A stretch of 64,000 nt of DNA from Alphaproteobacteria bacterium (GCA_965221125.1 CBDCRW010000005.1:640001-704000); one strand, 5' to 3'. Positions 20,297-30,444 are shown, numbered from the stretch's first letter. Program-made: numbers and translations. Notes: generated from the letters alone by a model not told the origin.

Positions 20297-21674
20297 TCGT
20301 TCGAGAGGGAACGCGCGGGCGGCGGTGGAGCGCTGCCTCGCGCGGATCGAACAGCTCGATCCCGTGTTCAACGCCATGATCACGACCACGGCGGAGCGGG
20401 CGCGGGAGGAGGCCGATGCCTGCGATGCCGCCGCCGCCGAGGGGCGCTGGCTCGGCCTCCTGCACGGCATGCCCGTGGCCCTCAAGGACAACATCGAGAC
20501 GGCGGGCGTGCGCACCACCAGCGGCGCCGCGTACCTCGCCGACCACATTCCCAACAGCGACGCTCCCGTGGTGGGCCGGCTGAAGGCGCAGGGCGCGGTG
20601 CTGATCGGCAAGGCCAACATGCAGGAGCTGGCCTGGGGCGTGGTCTCGACCAACCCGGTGGTGGGCCAGTGCCGCAACCCGTGGAACCCGGAGCGCATAC
20701 CGGGGGGCTCCAGCGGCGGCTCCGGGGCCGTGGTGGCGGCGGAGATGGCCGACGCCGCGCTCGGTACGGACACCGGCGGCTCGGTGCGGATTCCGGCCTC
20801 GATGACCGGCGTCGCGGGCCTGCGCCCCACCCACGGGCGCATCTCGATCCGCGGCATCACGCCGGTCAGCGTCGCGCACGACACCGTGGGCCCCATGGCG
20901 CGCACCGTGGCGGATGTCGCGCGCCTCTTCGCCGTGCTCGCCGCCTATGACCCGCTTGACCCGGTCTCGCGCGACCTGCCGCTCGAAAACTTCCTGCCCC
21001 TGCTGGATGACGGGATCGAGGGCGTGCGCATCGGCCTCGCGCGCAACTTCTTCTTCGACGAATTGGACGCGGAGGTCGAGGCCGCGGTCCGGGCCGCCGC
21101 CGGCACCCTGGAATCCCTCGGCGCTCGCCTGGTCGATGTCGCCGTCCCCGGCGCCGAGACCGCCCAGCGCTGGACCACGGTCATGGCCTACGCCGATGCC
21201 TGCGCTTATCACCGGGAACGCCTCGACGCGGGCCCCGGCGCGCTTTCTGCGCCGGTCTACGAGCGCATGATGATGGGCCGCGAGTTCAGCGCGGTGGACT
21301 ACGCCGAGGCCATGCGCGGGCGCGAGGCCTGGCGCCGCGCGCTGGCGCAGGTGTTCGAGACCGTGGACGTGCTGCTCGCGCCGACCACGCCCCGGCCGGC
21401 GCCGCCGATTGCCGACGACCGCAGCCTCCACCGTGCCACGCAGGACGCGACGCGCTTCACCTATGGCGGCGCGCTGGCGTCGATACCGGGTCTCTCGGTC
21501 CCCTGCGGCTTCTCGTCGGACGGCATGCCCATCGGCATGATGCTGGAGGCCGCCTGGGGCGCGGAGCCGCTGCTCTTCAGGGTGGGCCACGCCTATCAGC
21601 AGGCGACGGAGTGGCACCTGCGCCGCGCGCCCTGCCTTGACGAGGGGGATCGAGGCACCACCTCGAACCAATGA
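20286..21674 (+). CDS. Amidase (amidase signature family)
   Basis: PVALKD, GGSSGGS, GTDTGGSVRIPA (Lys-cisSer-Ser triad). Confidence 0.92.
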   Translation: MASSRSRGNARAAVERCLARIEQLDPVFNAMITTTAERAREEADACDAAAAEGRWLGLLHGMPVALKDNIETAGVRTTSGAAYLADHIPNSDAPVVGRLKAQGAVLIGKANMQELAWGVVSTNPVVGQCRNPWNPERIPGGSSGGSGAVVAAEMADAALGTDTGGSVRIPASMTGVAGLRPTHGRISIRGITPVSVAHDTVGPMARTVADVARLFAVLAAYDPLDPVSRDLPLENFLPLLDDGIEGVRIGLARNFFFDELDAEVEAAVRAAAGTLESLGARLVDVAVPGAETAQRWTTVMAYADACAYHRERLDAGPGALSAPVYERMMMGREFSAVDYAEAMRGREAWRRALAQVFETVDVLLAPTTPRPAPPIADDRSLHRATQDATRFTYGGALASIPGLSVPCGFSSDGMPIGMMLEAAWGAEPLLFRVGHAYQQATEWHLRRAPCLDEGDRGTTSNQ

Positions 21675-22669
21675 CCGGGGTTCCCGCTGCGCCTGACCCA
21701 GCGCCGCCGGGCGAGGGACGCGATGCGGCGGCCCGCCTGATCGTCGAAGAGGCCGCCGCGCGCTACTGCGCCGCGCGGCGCGCGAAAATCGACGGCTTCG
21801 TGGATCGCAACTTCTCCCTTCTCGGCGCGCTTCGGCTGCACCGCCGGGCGCTCGGCTGGGATCTCCTGCGCTCACCGGCCAATCTGGCGCTGGCCGCACC
21901 CCACCTCGCGGCGCGGGTGAGCGCCGGGCTCGCGCGGCGCGCAGGCCTTGCGCCCGCTGCCGACTGGCTCGACAGCCGGCGCTACTTCCTGCAGACCGAC
22001 GTCGCGCGGGAGCTTGAGTGGCGCATCTACACCGAACTGCTGGAGCTTCCGTTCAGGCAGGGCGGGCGCGTCTCGGAGCGGGATGCGCTGGCGGACGAGA
22101 TCCTGCGCGACCCCCGCATCGCAGCGGGCGGCGCGGATGACCTGCGCTCGCCGGCGGAGCAGGAGGCGTTGCGCGATTGGCTCACAGGCGCGGCCAGCAC
22201 CTACGAGGGGACGCGCGTCGCCGCCGCCGATCTCACGACTGCGGCGGTGAGCGCCGGCGTCGGCGCCTTCGTCTTCAAGAAGTTCACGCCCGGCATGATG
22301 TCGCTCGGGCCCGCGACGGCGCAGGTGCTGGTGCAGAACGCGGCGATCGCGGGCTTTCCGCTCGGCAGCGGGGCGGGCGCGCTCTGGTACGGCGTCTTCC
22401 CGGCGGCGGCGCCGGCCGCGCTCGCCATCGGGCTCACCGGCGGCCTGCTCGCGGCGGGCGCGGTGGTCGGAGCCTTCTCCGGCGTCGTCACCGACCCCAT
22501 CCAGCGCCGCCTCGGCCTGCACCATCGCCGGCTCAGGCGCCTGATCGATTGCCTGGAGCGCGAGTTGACCGGCAAGGGCGACAGCCGCTTCGTGGTGCGC
22601 GATCATTACGTCGCGCGCACGCTCGACGTGATCGAGGCGCTGGGCCTCGTCTGGCGCGCCGCCCGCTAA
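21671..22669 (+). CDS. Conserved hypothetical membrane-associated protein (DUF6635-like)
   Basis: Coupled start; LHRRALGWDLLRSP, DPIQRRLGLHHRRL motifs; family assignment from memory. Confidence 0.6.
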   Translation: MTGVPAAPDPAPPGEGRDAAARLIVEEAAARYCAARRAKIDGFVDRNFSLLGALRLHRRALGWDLLRSPANLALAAPHLAARVSAGLARRAGLAPAADWLDSRRYFLQTDVARELEWRIYTELLELPFRQGGRVSERDALADEILRDPRIAAGGADDLRSPAEQEALRDWLTGAASTYEGTRVAAADLTTAAVSAGVGAFVFKKFTPGMMSLGPATAQVLVQNAAIAGFPLGSGAGALWYGVFPAAAPAALAIGLTGGLLAAGAVVGAFSGVVTDPIQRRLGLHHRRLRRLIDCLERELTGKGDSRFVVRDHYVARTLDVIEALGLVWRAAR

Positions 22670-22687
22670 CACCCCGCAGGAGTGCCC

Positions 22688-23353
22688 ATGTCCGCCCGAC
22701 CCACCACGCTCACGGACGCGCTGCACGACTACCTTCAGGCCCTCGGCGTGCGCGAGAGCGCGGTCATGCGTCGCCTCCGCGAAGAGACCGCCCGCCACGA
22801 GATGGCGATGATGCAGATCTCGCCGGAGCAGGGCGCGCTGATGGCGCTGCTGGTTGAGCTGACCGGGGCCACGCGCGCGCTCGAGGTGGGTGTCTTCACC
22901 GGCTACAGCGCGCTGGCGGTGGCGCAGGCGATGGGCGCGGACGGCAGGCTCACGGCGCTCGACATCAGCGCGGAATACACGGATATCGCGCGGCGCTTCT
23001 GGGCCGAGGCGGGCCTCGCGGAGCGGATCGATCTCCGATTGGGAGACGCGCGGGAGAGCCTGGCGGCGCTGCGGGCGGAGGGCCTCGACGGCGCCTACGA
23101 CTTCGCCTTCATCGACGCCGACAAGTCCGGCTACGACACCTACTACGAGCACTGCCTTGCGCTCGTCCGCCCCGGCGGCCTGATCCTGATCGACAACACC
23201 TTCCACATGGGCCAGATCGCGGAGCGTGGGCGCTGGGGCAAGAACGCCCCCGTCGTCGACGCCCTGAACAGGAAGATCAAGGCGGACGAGCGGGTGACGA
23301 TGGTCATGCTGCCCATCGGCGACGGCCTCACGATCTGCCGCAAGCGAGGGTGA
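22688..23353 (+). CDS. Class I SAM-dependent O-methyltransferase (CCoAOMT-like)
   Basis: MQISPEQG, LEVGVFTGYS, FIDADK, IDN, PIGDGL. Confidence 0.92.
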   Translation: MSARPTTLTDALHDYLQALGVRESAVMRRLREETARHEMAMMQISPEQGALMALLVELTGATRALEVGVFTGYSALAVAQAMGADGRLTALDISAEYTDIARRFWAEAGLAERIDLRLGDARESLAALRAEGLDGAYDFAFIDADKSGYDTYYEHCLALVRPGGLILIDNTFHMGQIAERGRWGKNAPVVDALNRKIKADERVTMVMLPIGDGLTICRKRG

Positions 23354-23421
23354 GCGGACGGGCCGCTCCTGCTTTGCTTGAGACCCCCCGTGTTCTACGT
23401 TGCGCGGCGGGAGGTGGGCGC

Positions 23422-24684
23422 ATGGACGCGAAGGCCGAAGCGCTGGCGGCCGCGGCGGCGGTGGACGAGGCGCGGCTCTGGACGCGCCAGATGGCGATGG
23501 CGGAGATCGGGGCGACCGAGAAGGGCGGGGTCAACCGTGCCGCGCTCTCGGACGAGGATCGGCGTGCCCGCAGGCTGATGGTGGAATGGGCGGGGGAGCT
23601 CGGCTTCGAGGTCGCGACCGATGGCATCGCGAACCTCTACGTCCGCCGCCCCGGCCGGCAAGCGGATGCGGCGCCCGTGGTGACGGGGAGCCACCTCGAC
23701 AGCCAGCCGCGCGGCGGCAAGTTCGACGGCGCCTACGGCGTCATCGGCGGCTTCGAGGCGCTGGAGGCCATCGCCCGCGCCGGGGTGCAGACCGAGCGGC
23801 CCATCGACCTCGTCGCCTGGACCAATGAGGAAGGCGGACGCTTCCAGCCCGGCGCCATGGGGTCCGCGGTGTTCGCCGGTGTGCTCAGTCTCGAAGACCA
23901 GCTCGGCCACGTGGACGGCGAAGGGGTGATGCTCGAAGACGCGCTCGCCGAGACGCTGGCGTCCACGCCGGGACTGCCGCAGCGCCCCTTCGGCCAGCCC
24001 TTCTCGGCCTACGTGGAGGCGCATATCGAGCAGGGCCCGCGGCTGGAGAACGAAGGCCTGACCATCGGCGCCGTGACCGGGATCCAGGGCATCTACTGGT
24101 TCGGCGTGGAGGTGCGCGGCGCGGAGGCGCACGCCGGCACCACCCCGCTCAGGGTGCGCAAGGACGCGCTCAAGGCGGCGGTCTCCATGGTGAGCGCGCT
24201 CGAAGAGCTGATGGCCGACGAGACCGACACGATCCGCTTCACCGTCGGCCGCTTCGAGTGCCATCCCGGCTCGCCCGCCACGGTGCCGAGCCGCGTCAAC
24301 TTCACCATCGACTTCCGCCACCCGGACCCGGAAGTGATCGAGCGCATCGGCTCGCAACTCGGGGCGGTCTGCGAAGCGCACGCGCGAGGCTGCGCGGTCA
24401 CGGTCGAGCCCGTCATGGAGATCGCGCCGCTGACGTTCGACCCGGCCCTGATCGACATGGTGGAGGGCTATGCCGGGACCCTCGGCCACCCTGTGATGCG
24501 GATGCCGTCCGGCGCCGGCCACGATGCAGGCCACATCAATCACCTTTGCCCCACCGGCATGATCTTCGTGCCGTGCGAGCGCGGCATCAGCCACAACGAG
24601 GCGGAGAACGCGATCCCCGCCGACCTTGCCGCCGGCGCCCGGACGCTCGCCGCCTGCCTCGTCGACCTCGCCAACCGGGACTAG
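23422..24684 (+). CDS. M20 family Zn-dependent amidohydrolase (N-carbamoyl-amino acid/allantoate hydrolase-like)
   Basis: GSHLDSQP.GG.FDG, NEEG, EAHIEQG, HAGTTP, SGAGHDA, SHNEAE. Confidence 0.92.
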   Translation: MDAKAEALAAAAAVDEARLWTRQMAMAEIGATEKGGVNRAALSDEDRRARRLMVEWAGELGFEVATDGIANLYVRRPGRQADAAPVVTGSHLDSQPRGGKFDGAYGVIGGFEALEAIARAGVQTERPIDLVAWTNEEGGRFQPGAMGSAVFAGVLSLEDQLGHVDGEGVMLEDALAETLASTPGLPQRPFGQPFSAYVEAHIEQGPRLENEGLTIGAVTGIQGIYWFGVEVRGAEAHAGTTPLRVRKDALKAAVSMVSALEELMADETDTIRFTVGRFECHPGSPATVPSRVNFTIDFRHPDPEVIERIGSQLGAVCEAHARGCAVTVEPVMEIAPLTFDPALIDMVEGYAGTLGHPVMRMPSGAGHDAGHINHLCPTGMIFVPCERGISHNEAENAIPADLAAGARTLAACLVDLANRD

Positions 24685-24830
24685 AGCGCGTCCGACTTTG
24701 ACGGACGCGCGATAGGCCGCGACAGCGGCCCGCCGCGCATGCGGCGCCCTCGCGGAGGCGCTGGCCGCAGGCCAGCTGCCGTGAGCGAAAAATTCATAGA
24801 GCGTTTCCGTCTAGAACGGATACGCTCTAG
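24681..24830. repeat. Palindromic intergenic mosaic element, copy 1
   Basis: Hairpin GCGCGTCCG..CGGACGCGC, core GATAGGCCGCGACAGCGGCCCGCCGCG, GCTGCCGTGAGCGA, terminal hairpin TAGAGCGTTTCCGT..ACGGATACGCTCTA; matches 36723-36897. Confidence 0.8.
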
Positions 24831-24832
24831 CC

Positions 24833-26593
24833 ATGAGCAAGCGTCAGAGCGAGTACGCGACCTTCGACCCCGAGGCGATCGATGCGCTCCGGCCGGTGAT
24901 CCGCGGCCACAAGCACGGGATCGTCGCCGGGCACTACCTGGCGGCGCAGGCGGGCTTCGCGATCCTGGAAGCGGGCGGCAACGCCATCGACGCGGGCTGC
25001 GCCGCGGGCATCGCGCTCGGCGTCGTGCACAGCGATCTCGTCAACGTCGCGGGCGTGGCACCCATCATCCTCTACAGCGCGAAGACGCGGCAGGTCGAGA
25101 CCATCAGCGGGCTCGGCACCTGGCCTGCCGCGATGACGCCCGATCTCTTCCAGCGCGAGCACGGCGGGCACATCCCGGTGGGCCCGTTGCGCACCGTCGT
25201 GCCCAGCGCGCCGGACGCCTGGATCACCGCGCTGGAGCGCCACGGCACCATGACCTTCGGCGAGGTGGCGGAGGCGGCGATCAGGCTCGCGCGCGACGGC
25301 TTCGTCATGTACCCGTTGATGGCGAGCGTGATCGCCAAGAAGGCGGAGAACTACGCCCGCTGGCCGTCCAACGCCGCGATCTACCTGCCGGAGGGCCGAC
25401 CGCCCGCCGTCGGCGACGTCTTCGTGCAGGCCGACCTCGGGCGCTCGCTCCAGTACATGGCGGACGAGGAGCGCGCCGCCGCCGGCGGCCGTGCCGCAGG
25501 CCTCGCGGCCGCGCGCGATGCTTTCTACAAGGGCGACATCGCCGCGGCCATCGCCACGTACCATCGCGAGAACGGCGGCCTGCTCACGGCCGACGACTTG
25601 GCCTCCTTCCGCGTGGCAGTGGAGCCGCCGGAGCGGGTCTCGGTCGGCGGCATCGACGTCTATGCCTGTGGCCCGTGGTGCCAGGGGCCGACGCTGCTGC
25701 AGGCGCTCCGCCTGTTGGACATGAAGGCGCTGGCGGCGCACGGCCACAACAGCCCGGAGGCGCTGCACACGATGGCCGAGGCGCTGAAATTGGCCTTCGC
25801 GGACCGCGAGCGCTGGATCGGCGACCCCCGCTTCGTCGACGTGCCGATGGCGGCGCTGCTCTCGGACGAATACACGGAGCAGCGCCGCGCCCTCATCCGG
25901 CCCGGCGAGGCGTGGCCCGAGATGCCGCCGGCGGGCGATCCGGCCCAGGGTCTCGCGACGGCGGCCTGCGCGGAAGCGGCGGCTTCGGCCGGCCCGGCCG
26001 AGCCCGCGCACGATACCTCCTACGTCTGCACCATCGACGCAGACGGCAACGTCTTCTCGGCGACGCCGAGCGACATCTCTTTCGACTCTCCGGTGATCCC
26101 CGGCACCGGGCTCTGCGCGTCGTCGCGGGGCGCGCAGTCCTGGGCCGATCCCGCGCACACGTCTAGCGTGGCACCCGGCAAGCGGCCGAGGCTCACGCCC
26201 AACCCGGCGCTGGCCATCAAGGAGGGCGCCTTCGTCATGCCCTTCGGCACGCCGGGCGGCGACGTCCAGATCCAGGCGATGCTGCAGACCTTCGTGAATA
26301 TCGTCGCTTACGGCATGAACCCGCAGGCCGCCGTGGAGGCGCCGCGCTTCGCCACCATGAGCTTCCCCAACTCCTTCGAGCCGCACGAGTACCACCCCAA
26401 CAAGTTAGTGCTGGAGGCGCGCATTCCCGAGGCCGCCGGCGAGACGCTCGCGGCATGGGGACACGGCGTGGAATGGTGGCCGGAGTGGGCCTGGCCGGCG
26501 GGCGCCATGTGCGTGCTCGTGCAGGATCTCGCGCGGGGCACGATTTCAGGCGGCGCCGACCCGCGGCGGCCGGCCTACGGTCTCGCCTGGTAG
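24833..26593 (+). CDS. ggt: Gamma-glutamyltransferase family protein
   Basis: GGNAIDA, catalytic Thr in HDTSY, PGKRPRLT, GTPGGD.Q.Q, GGADPRR. Confidence 0.9.
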   Translation: MSKRQSEYATFDPEAIDALRPVIRGHKHGIVAGHYLAAQAGFAILEAGGNAIDAGCAAGIALGVVHSDLVNVAGVAPIILYSAKTRQVETISGLGTWPAAMTPDLFQREHGGHIPVGPLRTVVPSAPDAWITALERHGTMTFGEVAEAAIRLARDGFVMYPLMASVIAKKAENYARWPSNAAIYLPEGRPPAVGDVFVQADLGRSLQYMADEERAAAGGRAAGLAAARDAFYKGDIAAAIATYHRENGGLLTADDLASFRVAVEPPERVSVGGIDVYACGPWCQGPTLLQALRLLDMKALAAHGHNSPEALHTMAEALKLAFADRERWIGDPRFVDVPMAALLSDEYTEQRRALIRPGEAWPEMPPAGDPAQGLATAACAEAAASAGPAEPAHDTSYVCTIDADGNVFSATPSDISFDSPVIPGTGLCASSRGAQSWADPAHTSSVAPGKRPRLTPNPALAIKEGAFVMPFGTPGGDVQIQAMLQTFVNIVAYGMNPQAAVEAPRFATMSFPNSFEPHEYHPNKLVLEARIPEAAGETLAAWGHGVEWWPEWAWPAGAMCVLVQDLARGTISGGADPRRPAYGLAW

Positions 26594-26621
26594 GCGGCGG
26601 ATCACACAGAGGAGCAGCACC

Positions 26622-27851
26622 GTGACGATCGTCTTCGAGGGATGCAGGGTCTTCGACGGGGTCTCGGCGGAGCCGCGCGAGAACGCGACCGTGGTGGTGG
26701 AAGACGGCCGGATCAGGGAGGTCGCCGACGGCCCGGTCCGCGCGCCGGCTGAGGCGCAGCACGTGGCCTGCGGCGAGCGCACGCTGATGCCGGGGCTGAT
26801 CGACGCCCACTTCCACGCGCTCCTCGTCGAGATCGACGTGCCCGCGATCGAGGACATTCCGCCGTCGCTGCTCTACCAGCAGGCGCGGCACAGTCTGGAG
26901 GGCGCGCTGCGGCGGGGCTTCACCACGGTACGCGACGCCGGCGGGGCCGATCTGGGTCTGGCGATGGCGGTGGAGCGCGGCCTGATCGCGGGCCCCCGGA
27001 TCTTCTTCGCGGGCAAGGCGCTGAGCCAGACCGGCGGCCACGGCGACATGCGCAGGCAGACCAGCTTCGAGCCCTGCGGCTGCGCCGCCTACCACGGGCC
27101 GGTCTCGGAGGTGGCGGACGGGGTCGATGCGGTCCGCAAGGCGGTGCGGGAGCATCTGCGCAAGGGCGCCCACCAGATCAAGATGATGGTCTCGGGCGGC
27201 GTGCTCTCGCCGACCGACCCGCTCTGGATGGACCAGTACTCCGACGAGGAGATCAGCGTCGGCGTGGAGGAAGCCGCGACGCGGCGGACCTACGTGATGG
27301 CGCACGCGCACACGGCCAACGCGGTGCGCCGCTGCGCCGCGCTCGGCGTGCGCTCCATCGAGCACGGCACTCAGATCGACGAAGGGGCGGCAAAGGTGGC
27401 GGCGGCGGCCGGGGCCTTCGTCGTGCCGACGCTGGTGACCCTCTTCGCCATGCTCGAATCCGGGGCCGACATCGGGCTGCCAAAAATCTATGCCGACAAG
27501 CTCCAGGGCCTGGGCGACGAGGGGCTGCGCTCCCTTGAAGTCTGCCGGGCCGCCGGCGTGCCGATGGGCTTCGGCACGGACCTGCTCGGCGAGCTTCAGG
27601 ATCGCCAGAGCCAGGAGTTCCTGATCCGCAGCCAGGTTCTGGCGCCGGTCGACGTGCTGCGCTCCGCGACCTCGGTCAACGCCGAGCTGATCCAGCGCGC
27701 GGGCGAGCTCGGCACCATAGCTGCGGGCGCGGTGGCGGATATCCTGGTGGTGGACGGCGACCCGCTCGCCGACCTCGGCCTCCTGCAGGAGCAGGGCCGC
27801 CACATCCCCGTCATCATGAAAGAGGGCCGGTTTTGCAAGAACGCCCTTTGA
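26622..27851 (+). CDS. Metal-dependent amidohydrolase (prolidase-like)
   Basis: PGLIDAHFH, GFTTVRDAGG, AHAH, SIEHG, FGTD. Confidence 0.9.
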   Translation: MTIVFEGCRVFDGVSAEPRENATVVVEDGRIREVADGPVRAPAEAQHVACGERTLMPGLIDAHFHALLVEIDVPAIEDIPPSLLYQQARHSLEGALRRGFTTVRDAGGADLGLAMAVERGLIAGPRIFFAGKALSQTGGHGDMRRQTSFEPCGCAAYHGPVSEVADGVDAVRKAVREHLRKGAHQIKMMVSGGVLSPTDPLWMDQYSDEEISVGVEEAATRRTYVMAHAHTANAVRRCAALGVRSIEHGTQIDEGAAKVAAAAGAFVVPTLVTLFAMLESGADIGLPKIYADKLQGLGDEGLRSLEVCRAAGVPMGFGTDLLGELQDRQSQEFLIRSQVLAPVDVLRSATSVNAELIQRAGELGTIAAGAVADILVVDGDPLADLGLLQEQGRHIPVIMKEGRFCKNAL

Positions 27852-27913
27852 CGGATCGGGGTTCGATGGGCGGGACGGCGGCGCCCGGTCCGCGCCACGC
27901 GGGAGAGTGATCG

Positions 27914-28870
27914 ATGGCGACCGTACTGCAGACCGACTTCGCCTGGCCCGACGTCGGCATCGAGCGCGACGTGATCGAGGGCGCCGGCCACAGGCTGGTC
28001 ACGGGCCCCTCGGAGCCGAGCCCGGCGGCGGCGGTCGAGGCCATGGTGGCGGAGCACGACCCCGCGGCCATCCTCACCTGCTGGGCGGAGATCTCGGCCG
28101 AGGCGATCCGCCGCCCGACGGCGCTCAGGATCGTGCAGCGGCTGGGCGTCGGGCTCGACAACATCGCCATGGAGGCGGCGACGGCGCGCGGCGCCTGGGT
28201 CGCCAACGTGCCGGACTACTGCGTGGAGGAGGTCTCGGACCATGCGGTGGCGCTGGCCTATGCGTGGTTCCGCGGCATCGCGTCGTTCGACCACGCGGTG
28301 AAGGGCGGCCGGTGGGACCCCTCCGGCGCCAGGCTCCGGCGCGGGGCTGCGCTCACCGCCGGCATCCTGGGGCTCGGCCGCATCGGCCGCTGCACCGCGC
28401 GCAAGCTGGATGCGCTGGGCATGACCGTGCTCGGCCACGACATCGCCGCCCCGCCGGAGAGCGTGCCGGCGCGCATGGTCGGGCTCGACGCGCTCTCTGC
28501 GGACTCCGACATCGTCATCGTCCACCTGCCGCTCACCGACGAGACGCACCACCTGGTGGACGCGGCCTTCCTCGCCCGCGTGAAGCCCGGCGCCTTCCTC
28601 ATCAACGTGAGCCGGGGGCCGGTGGTCGACAACGATGCGCTGATCGCCGCCCTGGAAGCGGGCCATCTCGCGGGCGCCGGCCTCGACGTGGTGGAGGGCG
28701 AGCCGAGCCCGCCCGCCGCGCTCGTGGCGCGGGCGGACGTGATCGCGACGCCGCACGTGGCCTTCTCCTCCGACGCGTCGCTGGCGGAACTGAGACGGCG
28801 CGGCGCGGAGGAGGTGGTGCGCGTGCTGGCCGGCGCGCGGCCCGAGAATCCCTGCAACGACGTCGGCTGA
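27914..28870 (+). CDS. D-2-hydroxyacid dehydrogenase (CtBP-like)
   Basis: GVGLDNI, NVPDYC..EV.DH, GLGRIG, INVSRG, LDV..EP, TPHVAF. Confidence 0.9.
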   Translation: MATVLQTDFAWPDVGIERDVIEGAGHRLVTGPSEPSPAAAVEAMVAEHDPAAILTCWAEISAEAIRRPTALRIVQRLGVGLDNIAMEAATARGAWVANVPDYCVEEVSDHAVALAYAWFRGIASFDHAVKGGRWDPSGARLRRGAALTAGILGLGRIGRCTARKLDALGMTVLGHDIAAPPESVPARMVGLDALSADSDIVIVHLPLTDETHHLVDAAFLARVKPGAFLINVSRGPVVDNDALIAALEAGHLAGAGLDVVEGEPSPPAALVARADVIATPHVAFSSDASLAELRRRGAEEVVRVLAGARPENPCNDVG

Positions 28871-28925
28871 CGATGGGCGGCACGCAGCGCCTCGCCGCTC
28901 CGGCCGGGCGCGAAGGGAGGGGGCG

Positions 28926-29324
28926 GTGAGCGCGCCGAAACCCGCCTTCGTCGATCAGGCGACCTTGGAGTGGGAGAGCAGTGAAGACTCCGGCCTCGCA
29001 ACCGGCAAGGGCATTCGCTGGAAGCTGCTGGTCGCGGGCGAGCGGACCGGGAGCGAGGGCCTCGTCACCGGCATCGCCGAGATCGCACCCGGCGGGCAGC
29101 TCATGCGCCACCACCACGAGCCGGCGGAGACCTATTACATCGTGAGCGGCCGGGGCGAGATGGAGATCGAGGGCCGCGTCGAGGCCGTGGGGCCGGGCAG
29201 CGCGGTCTACATCCCGCCGGATGCCCGCCACACGGTGCGCTGCACCGGCGCGGAGCCGCTGGTCTTCGTCTTCTCCTTCCCGCGCGACCGCTTCGACCGG
29301 ATCGTCTACCACTTCGATCATTAG
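28926..29324 (+). CDS. Cupin domain protein (DddW-like size and motifs)
   Basis: HHHEPAETYYIVSGRG and GSAVYIPPDARH cupin motifs. Confidence 0.8.
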   Translation: MSAPKPAFVDQATLEWESSEDSGLATGKGIRWKLLVAGERTGSEGLVTGIAEIAPGGQLMRHHHEPAETYYIVSGRGEMEIEGRVEAVGPGSAVYIPPDARHTVRCTGAEPLVFVFSFPRDRFDRIVYHFDH

Positions 29325-29350
29325 AGCGGTCCCGTTTTGCACGCAAAGGC

Positions 29351-29520
29351 CTTAAAGCGGCCTATTCCGGTCTATTCCGGTCCAAAGTGGCCCAAAGTGG
29401 CCCAAGGTGGTCCAAACGAGCGGCCCAAAGTGGTCCAAAGTGGCCCAAGGTGGCCCGCCGCAAGCGGCCCAAAGTGGCCCAAAGTGACCCAAGGCGGCTC
29501 ATGGCGGCCCAAGCCGGCCC
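29351..29520. repeat. Tandem 10-bp repeat array (consensus CCCAAAGTGG) in three triplet blocks
   Basis: Direct reading: tccaaagtgg cccaaagtgg cccaaggtgg / cccaaagtgg tccaaagtgg cccaaggtgg / cccaaagtgg cccaaagtga cccaaggcgg, with degenerate flanking decamers. Confidence 0.9.
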
Positions 29521-29544
29521 GCCCAGGGCCGCCACCCGCCGGCC

Positions 29545-30168
29545 TCATTCGCCCTCCGCATCCTGCGCCTTCAATCGCCAATAGGCCTCGGCGACGGCTT
29601 CTTCGCCCGCGACCGGATCGTAGATGCCCCAGTGGCCCTCCACCGCCGCGCGGATGTGGGCGACGGCGTCGGGGGAGAGCCCCTTCTTCTGCTCCTCCGC
29701 AGACCTGGGCCAGCCTGCAAGCGGGCCGGCGCCGCGCGGGGCAGGGTTGCGCGCGGCCGCGCTCTCGCGTTCCGCACCGCTCTTCTCGGCGGACTCGATG
29801 CGCTGCAGGGCGAGCGCGAGCGTGGCGATCTGCTCGACGGGGGGCGGCTTCTCTTCGCGGCGGAGGTCGCCGGCGGCGCGCGTGGCGAGGGCTCTCACCG
29901 TCTCGCGCGCGTACCGCCCGGTTCCGCCCTCGGGCTGCTCGCCGAGCGACGCGAGCCAGAAATCGGCAAGCCCCTGGTCCTCCCGCCAGTCCCGCAGCCT
30001 CTCGCGCGCCCCCTTGACGTAGCGGACGACGGCCGAGCGCGAGCAGGTCCCGCCGTTCGCGCGGATGCGCCGGACGATCTCGTCGATGGTGGCGCCCTCG
30101 ACGATCGCCTTGTGCACCCGCGCCAGGATCGGCGGCGGCAACAGCTCGAGGGACGAGCGCCCGGCCAT
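29545..30168 (-). CDS. DUF3486 / phage Mu gp27-like protein (orphan)
   Basis: MAGRSSLELLP..., TIDEI...SRSAVVRY HTH-like N-terminus, C-terminal GLSPDAVAHIR; last 207 aa of the 29545..31617 ORF. Confidence 0.7.
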   Translation of the reverse strand: MAGRSSLELLPPPILARVHKAIVEGATIDEIVRRIRANGGTCSRSAVVRYVKGARERLRDWREDQGLADFWLASLGEQPEGGTGRYARETVRALATRAAGDLRREEKPPPVEQIATLALALQRIESAEKSGAERESAAARNPAPRGAGPLAGWPRSAEEQKKGLSPDAVAHIRAAVEGHWGIYDPVAGEEAVAEAYWRLKAQDAEGE

Positions 30169-30444
30169 CAGCCGGCTTTCCGGGGCCGCTCCGGCCCCAC
30201 CGTCCCGGCACGGCGGTGGCCTGCTGTCCCGGAAGGGCGATGGTCTGCGCGCTGCATCCGCACAGCCTGCCCCCACCAAGCGGCCCCGTGCACCGCACCA
30301 TGGTCCGGGTCCCCGCCCGCGGCTGAACAGTGGCGGGGTTGATTCGGCGGGGCGAAAGCGGTCACCATGCCCGCACTCGTCGAGCCCCGCACCGCCGCTG
30401 GCGCAGGGCCGCGCCATACGACCCAACTGCAGGGAGAGCAACCG

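Noticed and set aside
29351-29520. CRISPR array
   Set aside because: Units are 10 bp and mostly adjacent, with no unique 25-45 bp spacers and no cas genes
29337-30017. ORF with PKWPKV repeats
   Set aside because: It is a translation of the decamer array overlapping the DUF3486-like gene antisense; no RBS, and a 10-bp period is not codon-phased
29545-30168. Mu-like prophage
   Set aside because: Only one phage-like gene; no terminase large subunit, portal, transposase or structural genes nearby
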